NCBI GenBank assembly: GCA_942493095.1
Contig: OW818675.1
Location: 1,110,001-1,142,000, forward strand
Length of the DNA stretch: 32,000 nucleotides
Reading direction: 5' to 3'
From: Candidatus Electronema halotolerans
Lineage (GTDB): Bacteria > Desulfobacterota > Desulfobulbia > Desulfobulbales > Desulfobulbaceae
Below, one piece after another: positions 1 to 7,103 of this stretch. A program made the translations under genes and the position numbers. Position 1 is the stretch's first letter; each line of letters begins with the position of its first letter. Below the pieces are notes generated by a model, which did not search any database, had not been told where the DNA came from, and saw only the letters and a program-made list of their open reading frames with translations.

Positions 1-881
1 GTTAGCGGCAGTTGGCTGAGACCGGCCTTGCAGCGGATGATCGCCGCTCTGGTGCTGTACTCCGGGGCCTTGATGTCTGTGACCAAGCCGGAACTCATGC
101 GCGAACGGAAATCCTCATCCACGCCGGTAAGCGAGCGCGGGGCCACGGCTGAGGTGAGAATGACCCGCTTCCCGGACTTGATCAGGAAATCCAAGATATT
201 GTTCAGCTCCTCCTGGGTCTTGGTCTTGCCGCTCAGGGTGTGGACATCCTCGACCAAGAGCAGATCGCAGCCCTGAATGAAGCGGCTGGAAAACTGCTCC
301 ATCGTGTTCTCGCGGATGTTCTTGACCATCTCTGCCGAGAACTGCTGGGCAGTCAGGTAATGGAGGCGGGTCTGCGGCGCGCTGTGCATGACCTGATGCA
401 CCACAGCCTGGGTGAGGTGACTCTTGCCCAAGCCTGTGCCGGAGGTGAGAAACAGGCTGCTGCCAAAGGCGGGATCCGCATCAGCAATGGCCCGGCAGAC
501 CGTGCGGGCGAGCAGATTGGACTGCCCGACCATGAACTGCTCAAAGGTGTAGCCGGGATGAAGGGAGCGCACTGCGGCCTTGAACTTGTTCATGCCGGGC
601 AGACGGAGCTGACCAGAGCCGTTCGCTTCCGGCTGCGGCGCAGGCATGGCCTCAGAGACGGTCAGCGAGACCTTTGGCGGCGAACTGCTCAGGCTGCTCA
701 GACTGGCCTCAATCAGCTTCAGGTAGCGGTCCCGCACCCAAGTGCAAAAGAAGCGGTCTGGGCAGGCTATCTCCAGCACCTGCCTGCTCTCCCGGACGCA
801 GGCGATGGGTTTGATCCAGAGGCTGTACTCGCTGGCGGAAAGCGTGGCGGACAGGGATTGCTTGACAGTTTCCCAAAGCAT
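1..881 (-). CDS. dnaA: Chromosomal replication initiator DnaA, 5' part only (293 codons; 3' end lies beyond the left edge)
   Basis: Hand translation of the minus strand from the ATG at 881-879 gives MLWETVKQSLSATLSASEYSLWIKPIACVRESRQVLEIACPDRFF..HPGYTFEQFMVGQSNLLA..LFLTSGTGLGKSHLTQAV (Walker A)..CDLLLVEDVHTLSGKTKTQEELNNILDFLIKSGKRVILTSAVAP..FRSRMSSGLVTDIKAPEYSTRAAII. There is no stop down to position 1. It is absent from the ORF track because no stop lies inside the window. Confidence 0.9.
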   Translation of the reverse strand, partial: MLWETVKQSLSATLSASEYSLWIKPIACVRESRQVLEIACPDRFFCTWVRDRYLKLIEASLSSLSSSPPKVSLTVSEAMPAPQPEANGSGQLRLPGMNKFKAAVRSLHPGYTFEQFMVGQSNLLARTVCRAIADADPAFGSSLFLTSGTGLGKSHLTQAVVHQVMHSAPQTRLHYLTAQQFSAEMVKNIRENTMEQFSSRFIQGCDLLLVEDVHTLSGKTKTQEELNNILDFLIKSGKRVILTSAVAPRSLTGVDEDFRSRMSSGLVTDIKAPEYSTRAAIIRCKAGLSQLPL

Positions 882-1170
882 AAAACAAGGTCTTGGCAGT
901 CGGAGGTGAAAACAGAAAACAACGGGATGCGGCTTTCTTTTACCTGAAAACCAGCCGGGCCGTCAAAAACGATACAGCCCGATTTGCTCCGCCTTTGCGC
1001 TTGGCGGCGGCAAGGCCGGATCAGGCGGACTTTCAAGCCCTTGCGCTCCGCCTGCGGGCGAAGCTCTTCGGAACGCAGGACTTTTTGCCCCTGCGGCGCA
1101 ATGCTGCCGCATATCAGGAGATTGCCACCTGTCAGCTTTGCCTTGCTGATCTTGGCGGCAAAGGCCGAAG

Positions 1171-1236
1171 TCAGCCATCCTCAGCCAAGCTGCACCGTCC
1201 TCTGAAATGCGGCATTTTTCGTTGAAAGGCTCAGGA
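1171..1236. repeat. Direct repeat, copy 1 (66 nt)
   Basis: The sequence tcagccatcctcagccaagctgcaccgtcctctgaaatgcggcatttttcgttgaaaggctcagga is identical to 4754-4818 except for one extra a. It overlaps the stop codon of the phosphatase remnant. A weaker match (ggcggc..aag) extends about 15 nt further left. Confidence 0.9.
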
Positions 1237-1587
1237 GAAGTTGCCGGGAAGATTTAACGCCCGCAGCACCGCCCCTTGAGAAAAAATATCCAGCACGGTT
1301 AAAGAAGCGGGCCGCACATCAAAGAGCAGATAACTGCGCGGTGGCAGGTTGAGCGCGGCGCAGAGCATGGCCCGGATCATTCCGCCGTGGGCGACTGCGG
1401 CGACATGGCCGCCCGATGCGGCGAGGACTGCCAGCATTTCCTTTATCCGGCAGAGAAAATCAGCAACGGCCTCGCCTTCCGGGAAGACAAAGCCTTCATA
1501 GTCCTCCTGCCAAGCAGTGATTTTTTCTGGAGCAGCAGCGGCAATCTCGGCAAAAGTTTTCAGCTCCCACGCGCCGAAATCAATTTT
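1231..1587 (-). pseudogene. Histidine phosphatase (PGM/CobC-like) family, 5'-truncated remnant
   Basis: Extending track ORF 1231..1437 in frame up to the TGA at 1588-1590 gives 118 codons: KIDFGAWELKTFAEIAAAAPEKITAWQEDYEGFVFPEGEAVADFLCRIKEMLAVLAASGGHVAAVAHGGMIRAMLCAALNLP... This matches the C-terminal two thirds of the fold (E.DFG.WE..TF, V.HGG.IR). The N-terminal RHG catalytic segment is missing, and the sequence 5' of it switches abruptly to about 30% GC. Confidence 0.6.
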
Positions 1588-2010
1588 TCAAGAGCCTGTT
1601 CGTAAAAAAGCGAATATCTCATCTATTGATATATAGATAAAGTAAAAAACAGGGGTTTTACTCAAGAGTATCTCGTCGTAATAAATACTTGTCTTGCTGC
1701 ATTGTTTAGTGCAATTTGTCTTATCAAGTGTGATACAATATTTAACAGAAAGTTCAATTTCTCCATTTTTACCTTTAGAAATATCGTAAAAAATATTTTC
1801 GTAAAAATAATCTATACCTTGCTTCTCAAAATCTAAATCTGAAATATCCTTGTTTGCGCGTATTTCTTTGCAATCTTCATAATTGATATTTCTTTGACGA
1901 AAAAATTCCTGAACCTTTGGTACTATCAATTCGTTTTTAATTTTCTCGCTGTCTTTGAGTTGTAAATATGCAACGTAACAGCTTGCAGATTCTTTATTTT
2001 CGCTAATCAT
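1588..2010 (-). CDS. Hypothetical protein (140 aa), third gene of the low-GC cassette
   Basis: Track ORF. Its ATG overlaps the stop of the upstream gene by 8 nt (ATGATTAG). It is AT-rich like its two partners, and I recognise no motif and no TM segment. The last ~7 codons (..FAFLRTGS*) run into host-GC DNA and end on the same in-frame TGA that caps the phosphatase remnant. Confidence 0.55.
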   Translation of the reverse strand: MISENKESASCYVAYLQLKDSEKIKNELIVPKVQEFFRQRNINYEDCKEIRANKDISDLDFEKQGIDYFYENIFYDISKGKNGEIELSVKYCITLDKTNCTKQCSKTSIYYDEILLSKTPVFYFIYISIDEIFAFLRTGS

Positions 2011-3586
2011 AATTCAGATAGGCCTTTTGCATGGTGTAAAAATTTGCTTTAAAAAGATCAATTTTAGACTTAGGCAATCTATTGTAAAGTTTCTCTGAAT
2101 TTTCTCTGAAGCCGATTTTATCTTCTTCACTTCTGTATGATATATTATTACTATAGAAAAAAGGGATAACAAGTTGATTGTATAACTTATTAATATCACC
2201 ATCTTTCTTTAAACAAAATTCATAACATAATTGTTTTGTTATATCCGTGTCAAGTTTTTTACTTCTTTTAAAGAAAAATGATAAATCAAAATATTTCCAA
2301 TCTGTCAGGAATATAGACTCAGTAAAGTTTCCAAGATACGCATTAAAGCTTGTATATGTATCTTTTGGGTATAATTTAAATATCATTTTATTTTCATTAA
2401 CTCTCTCTGGCCTAAAACCACTAGATTTTTCTCTAAGTTTAGAACACCAATTTTTGTATTTTTTTCTATTTTTTTTTGACGAACTGTCGATCAATTCAAT
2501 GCTAAAATCAACTCTTACCTTCCAGTCATTAATTAATTCTATTTTAATAAATTCAGGAAAAGATAGTTCTACAAAAGAATAAATTATATCTGGTTTTATA
2601 TATCTTGATTTATCTCTGAAGTCTACAGAAAAACGATTGTTAATATCACTTCTTTCATTTTTACCGTTCATTTCTTTGTCAATATATAACACATTGTAAT
2701 CATTAGCAATAATATACGTATTGCACATATCCTCCCAAATCTGGTAAAAATTACTGATCCCCCAGAACACACCATCTACGTGAGGATTATTCATATCCAA
2801 CTCACCGTAAAGAAAAGACTCGATAGCTTCATAAAGTCGCCAGTAATCATTATCTTTATAGGCAGTTGACTTGTCAATATTGTGCAGCAAGTCCTTCAAG
2901 GTGATTATTGTTTCTTCAAATGTGTCTTCATGAAAAATGGATTGATCGCAGCTAAGGCATTCTTCTTTAAATTTTACAGACAATTCGCGAACCCTGCTGT
3001 CTGTTCCCTGATCAAGCTCCTTATTCACCTCGTGCAAGATGAAACAGAACATATCAATGAGCGTTGCTGATTTATATTGAATAACATTTTTTGGCAACTC
3101 CATGCTGTCAATATAAATAACATATTCATCAATATTCTCTTCTTGATAAATAGCTTTATCAAGATATTTATCAATCTTTGAATAATCTATTTTTTCATCT
3201 ATCCCTATTTGCCTTTCAATCACATCTAAAGATAAATCATTGTATGCTTCAAGTAAGTTTTCAATTACAGATATTTTACTATAAAGAACAACCTCGCTGC
3301 CTTCACTGTCTTGAAAACTGTATCCATCATGCAACTTTTCAATATTATCTCTTCTTCCTTGTGTTTTGTCAATATATCTTCCAGAATGATCCCGTTCAAA
3401 TTTTTTGAACGTTCTATACATTCTGAAGAATAACTTTTTAGTTTCATTGAAATCATTTTCAGGAAAGTCGGCAAATCCCCTCGGCAAACGAAACTCCATT
3501 TCGCCAGACGTGCTGCGTCTGATGCCGACAAAAGGATCAGTTTCATTAGCCTTTTTGTTTAACTTCAATTCCTTAAAATTAAACAT
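2003..3586 (-). CDS. McrC-like / LlaJI-R2-like putative nuclease subunit (527 aa)
   Basis: It starts 1 nt after the stop of the McrB-like gene (TGA-T-ATG). Motifs resemble the McrC C-terminal nuclease region: FYQIWEDMC, YIKPDIIY (PD), then two candidate (D/E)xK triplets, INDWKV (21 aa later) and FLTDWKYF (96 aa later). The assignment rests on gene context and these short motifs only. Confidence 0.6.
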   Translation of the reverse strand: MFNFKELKLNKKANETDPFVGIRRSTSGEMEFRLPRGFADFPENDFNETKKLFFRMYRTFKKFERDHSGRYIDKTQGRRDNIEKLHDGYSFQDSEGSEVVLYSKISVIENLLEAYNDLSLDVIERQIGIDEKIDYSKIDKYLDKAIYQEENIDEYVIYIDSMELPKNVIQYKSATLIDMFCFILHEVNKELDQGTDSRVRELSVKFKEECLSCDQSIFHEDTFEETIITLKDLLHNIDKSTAYKDNDYWRLYEAIESFLYGELDMNNPHVDGVFWGISNFYQIWEDMCNTYIIANDYNVLYIDKEMNGKNERSDINNRFSVDFRDKSRYIKPDIIYSFVELSFPEFIKIELINDWKVRVDFSIELIDSSSKKNRKKYKNWCSKLREKSSGFRPERVNENKMIFKLYPKDTYTSFNAYLGNFTESIFLTDWKYFDLSFFFKRSKKLDTDITKQLCYEFCLKKDGDINKLYNQLVIPFFYSNNISYRSEEDKIGFRENSEKLYNRLPKSKIDLFKANFYTMQKAYLNYD

Positions 3587-3587
3587 A

Positions 3588-4631
3588 TCACAAACTTTTG
3601 ATTTTCTCTATAAAGTCATTAACTTTCTTGGCGAAATCTCCGAATGTTACTAACGGTTCCTGATCTTTCTGTTCCTTTCCATAAAAAAGTTCAATCAAAG
3701 GCTTCTTGTCCCTACTAAAGACATTATCCCAGATAAAAAACATCAGTTTATTTTGTATTGTTGCCTTTTTTACCTCTACCTTAGCATCCTCATTCATAGC
3801 ATCCTTAATAAACCAATGACCTATCTGCTTATCCTCTATTCCACGAATATACTTGTGATTTGATTTTATAAAATTATTTAATTTTTCAATAAACTTTACC
3901 CAATCTTCCTTATTAGAAAAAGCAATGCCATCTTCTTTGATAGGATTTGAGTCAACATCGATAAATTCCCATTCCCATCTCCTTTTAAACGCGCTGTCCA
4001 TATAATATATGGAACTTTCTGAAGTATTCATAGTTGCGATGATGGATAAATTGTAAGGAATTTTTATAGACTTAGTGAATATATCAAATCCTATAAGTTT
4101 ATAGTATTCATCTTTAACTTCTTTAGTTTGAAAATTATAACCAATAACTTTACTTCCAGTCTTACGTGGTTCAAATCCAAGAAGACCAATGAGTTTTTCA
4201 AAAACAACTTCGGTTATATTTATATAATAATCTGACATTCCTTGACTATCTCTATCCAACAACTGGAATATTGGACCAAATATGGCAGATGAATTACCTC
4301 TGTTAATTTCATCAATTACCAATGCAACATTACTTACTTCTGAACATTTATCTATTTCTTTTTCAAGAATATTTTTATATGCTTGTGATAGTGCTTTTAA
4401 GAAGTGACCTTCATGAAAGTTATACTGCACCTTCCCTTCCTTGGTGATCGGAAGCAGCTTGCCCATAAAATCGCCATGTGTATATTCTGGATGAAAGACG
4501 GCTTTTATAATATTTTCTGGTGTTTCCTCTTTGTCTATGAAAAGTTCATAAGGAATAATTTCGTTGTCTATCCTGTAGCTTTTTCCTGTTCCGGGGCTGC
4601 CGAACAATATTTTTTGAATAGGTGTGGTCAT
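3588..4631 (-). CDS. McrB-family AAA+ (GTPase-type) restriction subunit, no N-terminal DNA-binding domain (347 aa)
   Basis: Walker A GSPGTGKSY sits at residues 11-19. Other motifs are VFHPEYTHGDFMG, Walker B/McrB signature LVIDEINRGNSSAIFGPIFQLLDRD, IIATMNTSESS and MDSAFKRRWEWEF. A GGAG lies 7 nt upstream of the ATG (4639-4642). Confidence 0.85.
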   Translation of the reverse strand: MTTPIQKILFGSPGTGKSYRIDNEIIPYELFIDKEETPENIIKAVFHPEYTHGDFMGKLLPITKEGKVQYNFHEGHFLKALSQAYKNILEKEIDKCSEVSNVALVIDEINRGNSSAIFGPIFQLLDRDSQGMSDYYINITEVVFEKLIGLLGFEPRKTGSKVIGYNFQTKEVKDEYYKLIGFDIFTKSIKIPYNLSIIATMNTSESSIYYMDSAFKRRWEWEFIDVDSNPIKEDGIAFSNKEDWVKFIEKLNNFIKSNHKYIRGIEDKQIGHWFIKDAMNEDAKVEVKKATIQNKLMFFIWDNVFSRDKKPLIELFYGKEQKDQEPLVTFGDFAKKVNDFIEKIKSL

Positions 4632-4753
4632 GTTATATCTCCAATATCAGTCAGTTAAACGAGTTTCTTCGCTTAGACAATTTCGCCGCGCATACTGTAC
4701 CAAAAAACGCAAAGGAGGCAAGCGCATTTCTGCACTCAAAATGGCGGCCAAGA

Positions 4754-4818
4754 TCAGCCATCCTCAGCCAAGCTGCACCGTCCTCTGAAATGCGGCATTT
4801 TTCGTTGAAGGCTCAGGA
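4754..4818. repeat. Direct repeat, copy 2 (65 nt)
   Basis: Same sequence as 1171-1236 minus one a. It lies 15 nt 3' of the TauE/SafE stop codon. Confidence 0.9.
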
Positions 4819-4832
4819 CTGCCTGCTGGAAC

Positions 4833-5735
4833 TTATCTGAGCGCAGCGAGCAGATAACTGCCTGCTGAGAAGAGCACAAACAGGGAAAGCACCAGTTTGA
4901 TCGCCTTGGCAGGCACATATTTCTGACAGCGCGCCCCAAGATAGATGCCGCAGAAACCGCCAATGCCGAAGAGAAAGCCGAGCTGCCAGTCCGGGGCTAC
5001 AGACAGTCCGGGATAAAAGGCGGCCAGCACCTGATAGACCAGAACCCCTGCTATTGAAGTGACCAGCGTTCCCATCAGGGAGGCTCCGGCCACTGCATAG
5101 ACCGGCAACTGGAAAAAGGCGACCATGAACGGGGCGATGATCGCTCCGCCGCCAATGCCATAGATGCCACCGACTATGCCAACAAAAAAGCAAAGCAGCA
5201 CTAACCACGGCACGGAGAAGGAGTAGCTCTGACCGGCAAAGCTGAATCCGGCCCGTTGCAGCGAGAACACCGCATCTGCGACAAAGGCGGTGCGGGCAGC
5301 CTTGTCCTGCTGTCCTGCCACCTGCTTGCGGAAGACATCAGCCAGCAATTTGCTGCCCACATACAGCAGCACCAGTCCGGCGAAGAGTTTGAAGTCCTTG
5401 GGGTCAGGCAGATATTCCAGCCGCAGCCACGCCCCGATCAGCACGCCCGGCAAGGTGCCGATGATCACGGCTCCGGCCAGCGGCCAGACCATGCGCCGTT
5501 CTTGCGTATATCGCCACACGCCGCTGGGAATGGCGACAATGTTGAAAAGCTGATTGGTGGCGCTGACAGACGGGGCAGTGTAATGGAGGATGCTCATCTG
5601 AAAGGGCAGGAGCAGAAATGCGCCGGACAGGCCGCCCATTGAGGCGAAGAACGAGACAATAAAGGCGGTCAGCGGCGGCACAAATATCCATGTTGTCACG
5701 CCGGAGATCGGAAAGGTGCAGAGGAAATAATCCAT
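4833..5735 (-). CDS. TauE/SafE (TSUP, DUF81) family anion/sulfite exporter-like permease (300 aa)
   Basis: Polytopic membrane protein with the family's duplicated Gly-rich segments (FFASMGGLSGAFLLLP and GIVGGIYGIGGGAIIAP). Confidence 0.85.
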   Translation of the reverse strand: MDYFLCTFPISGVTTWIFVPPLTAFIVSFFASMGGLSGAFLLLPFQMSILHYTAPSVSATNQLFNIVAIPSGVWRYTQERRMVWPLAGAVIIGTLPGVLIGAWLRLEYLPDPKDFKLFAGLVLLYVGSKLLADVFRKQVAGQQDKAARTAFVADAVFSLQRAGFSFAGQSYSFSVPWLVLLCFFVGIVGGIYGIGGGAIIAPFMVAFFQLPVYAVAGASLMGTLVTSIAGVLVYQVLAAFYPGLSVAPDWQLGFLFGIGGFCGIYLGARCQKYVPAKAIKLVLSLFVLFSAGSYLLAALR

Positions 5736-5927
5736 TTGTTAATCCAGCAGCAAGCGCAAAACGTGGGGAATGTCTCTGCCAAGGGATGTAGCAGCACAAT
5801 AAACTGACTACAGGTCAGGCTGCTGAAAGCAGCTTCATCGACCGAGCAGCCGAATCCGCTGAACTCTTCATCTTGATAAATTTTACAGATATTTATGCGG
5901 ACGCAGGCAATGCCATGCTGCCGCGAT

Positions 5928-6101
5928 TCAAGCATTCCTCTCTGGTTTCTTTGGATCAGAAGCGAGAACAACAAGAGCGCCGATCACCGGGGTCAGGAGA
6001 ACGGAGCAGAAGAAATAGCCCCAGAAGCCAAACTTCCGATGTCGGCCCACAAAACCGATTATCACGCAAAGAACAATTAAAATCAAACCTTGCGGGGTCA
6101 T
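5928..6101 (-). CDS. Small membrane protein (57 aa), not in the ORF track
   Basis: The ATG at 6101-6099 overlaps the SPFH stop (ATGA). The translation is MTPQGLILIVLCVIIGFVGRHRKFGFWGYFFCSVLLTPVIGALVVLASDPKKPERNA*, which contains two hydrophobic helices. It falls below the 60-aa track cutoff. Confidence 0.5.
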   Translation of the reverse strand: MTPQGLILIVLCVIIGFVGRHRKFGFWGYFFCSVLLTPVIGALVVLASDPKKPERNA

Positions 6102-7087
6102 TCACTGCCTCCCTGCCTGACTGGCGAAGAAAGATTGCGTTGAGCTGACGATGGTTCAGCTTCAGGTTTCAAAGGAACTGCAACCGCATCACTGGAAGAA
6201 ATCGGCCAGTCTCCGGCATTGAGCATCAGAGGCAGGCCATCTTTTCCCCCGCCAATGATCACCACCTTGGCATTCGGCGAAGAGGCCAGTTCAAGCGTGG
6301 CCTGAACACCATGCCAATGCAGAACTTTGTCGTCCATTGTTTTGGAAATATTCTCCGCATATTTTTGGATGCCAAGGGATTCAATCTCTTTTTTCTCCGC
6401 CTCCCTTCTGGCTGTTTCGAGACGAAAGACGTAGGATTGCAAGACCTGCTCATGCACTAACTTTTCTTCAATCGCATCTTTGATCTGCTTGGGAAGAACA
6501 ATTTCCCGGATGATGATGTCATCAACAATGACGTACTTCTGGCCGACTTCATCAATGGCGTTCTTGACTAAGGTTGTCAGCAGGTGCCCCTTGTTGGTGT
6601 AAATGTCTTCAGCAACATGAACGCCAAGCCCTTTGCGCAGCACGGATTCAATCTGAGGCAGAATAATTTTATTGGGATAATCCGGGCCGATCCGCTGGTG
6701 AAGCACGCCGAGCAGCTCAAAAATAGGCCGGTAGCGAACCGCCAGTTTCAGGGTGACTGGCAGACCGCTGCTGGTCAGCACGTCAAACTCATGGCGGATG
6801 ATCTGGACACGGGCATCATAGATGGCCATGGTGTTGAAGGGATTGATCACCAGGAAGCCTTCAGGATAGACCCGGACAGTTTCTGTGCCGCCCCAGAAAG
6901 GCCGGTACATGACCCCTGCCTCGCCAGCTTCAATCCAGATGAACATCCGGTTCCAAAGGATGATGACAGCTATGGTGCAGGACAGGCCGAGCATAACCCA
7001 ATGCAGCCAGTTGTCCCGGACAGAATAGCGCAGCCGCTCCAGCAGAGGCGGTTTCGGGCGCGGGGCGGCGGATTTCAGACTGCTCAT
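6098..7087 (-). CDS. SPFH/Band 7 (prohibitin-like) domain protein with N-terminal TM anchor (329 aa)
   Basis: A TM segment WVMLGLSCTIAVIILW is followed by a PHB-like core (VMYRPFWGG..VYPEGF..INPFNTMAIYDARVQ..LTSSGLPVTLKLAVRYR) and a coiled-coil-like stretch (ETARREAEKKEIESLG). It starts 16 nt after the ABC stop. Confidence 0.85.
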   Translation of the reverse strand: MSSLKSAAPRPKPPLLERLRYSVRDNWLHWVMLGLSCTIAVIILWNRMFIWIEAGEAGVMYRPFWGGTETVRVYPEGFLVINPFNTMAIYDARVQIIRHEFDVLTSSGLPVTLKLAVRYRPIFELLGVLHQRIGPDYPNKIILPQIESVLRKGLGVHVAEDIYTNKGHLLTTLVKNAIDEVGQKYVIVDDIIIREIVLPKQIKDAIEEKLVHEQVLQSYVFRLETARREAEKKEIESLGIQKYAENISKTMDDKVLHWHGVQATLELASSPNAKVVIIGGGKDGLPLMLNAGDWPISSSDAVAVPLKPEAEPSSAQRNLSSPVRQGGSE

Positions 7088-7103
7088 AACTTTCTGTTTT
7101 GTA

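Larger units (their letters stand above)
1588..4680. other. Low-GC (about 30%) horizontally acquired three-gene cassette
   Basis: A hand count gives 30% GC for 2001-2100, against about 60% in flanking host DNA. The transitions are sharp, at about 1590-1615 and about 4640-4680. No integrase, transposase or tRNA is visible. Confidence 0.8.

Noticed and set aside
240-947. 235-aa plus-strand track ORF (and the smaller ORFs at 28..276 and 353..544) over the dnaA region
   Set aside because: It is antisense to an unmistakable DnaA reading frame. The sequence is Ala/Arg/Gly-rich, as is typical of shadow ORFs in high-GC DNA.
882-1170. Possible oriC/DnaA boxes, an rpmH-type divergent gene or a small CDS upstream of dnaA (track ORFs 893..1225, 963..1178, 767..1036)
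   Set aside because: I found no TTATCCACA-like boxes and no AT-rich unwinding element, and none of the ORFs looks protein-like. One minus-strand frame (..AAKISKAKLTGGNLLICGSIAPQGQKVLRSEELRPQAERKGLKV..) could be a gene remnant. However, it has no start, runs into dnaA out of frame, and I cannot place it in a family.
1195-1225. Possible Rho-independent terminator inside the 65-bp repeat (gaaatgcggcattttt)
   Set aside because: The stem is only about 5 AT-rich bp with a 3-nt loop, which is too weak to call.
1567-4692. Imperfect 11-bp inverted repeat at the two edges of the low-GC block (cgcgccgaaat at ~1569-1579 versus atttcgccgcg at ~4681-4691), and a 7-bp aagcgaa/ttcgctt pair
   Set aside because: It is short, has a mismatch, and lies within the range expected by chance for two ~100-nt junction regions. 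The left copy is simply the DFGAW codons of the phosphatase remnant.
5696-5974. 92-aa minus-strand track ORF between the small membrane ORF and TauE/SafE
   Set aside because: It overlaps the better-supported 57-aa ORF out of frame and spans the intergenic region. It has no motif or RBS.
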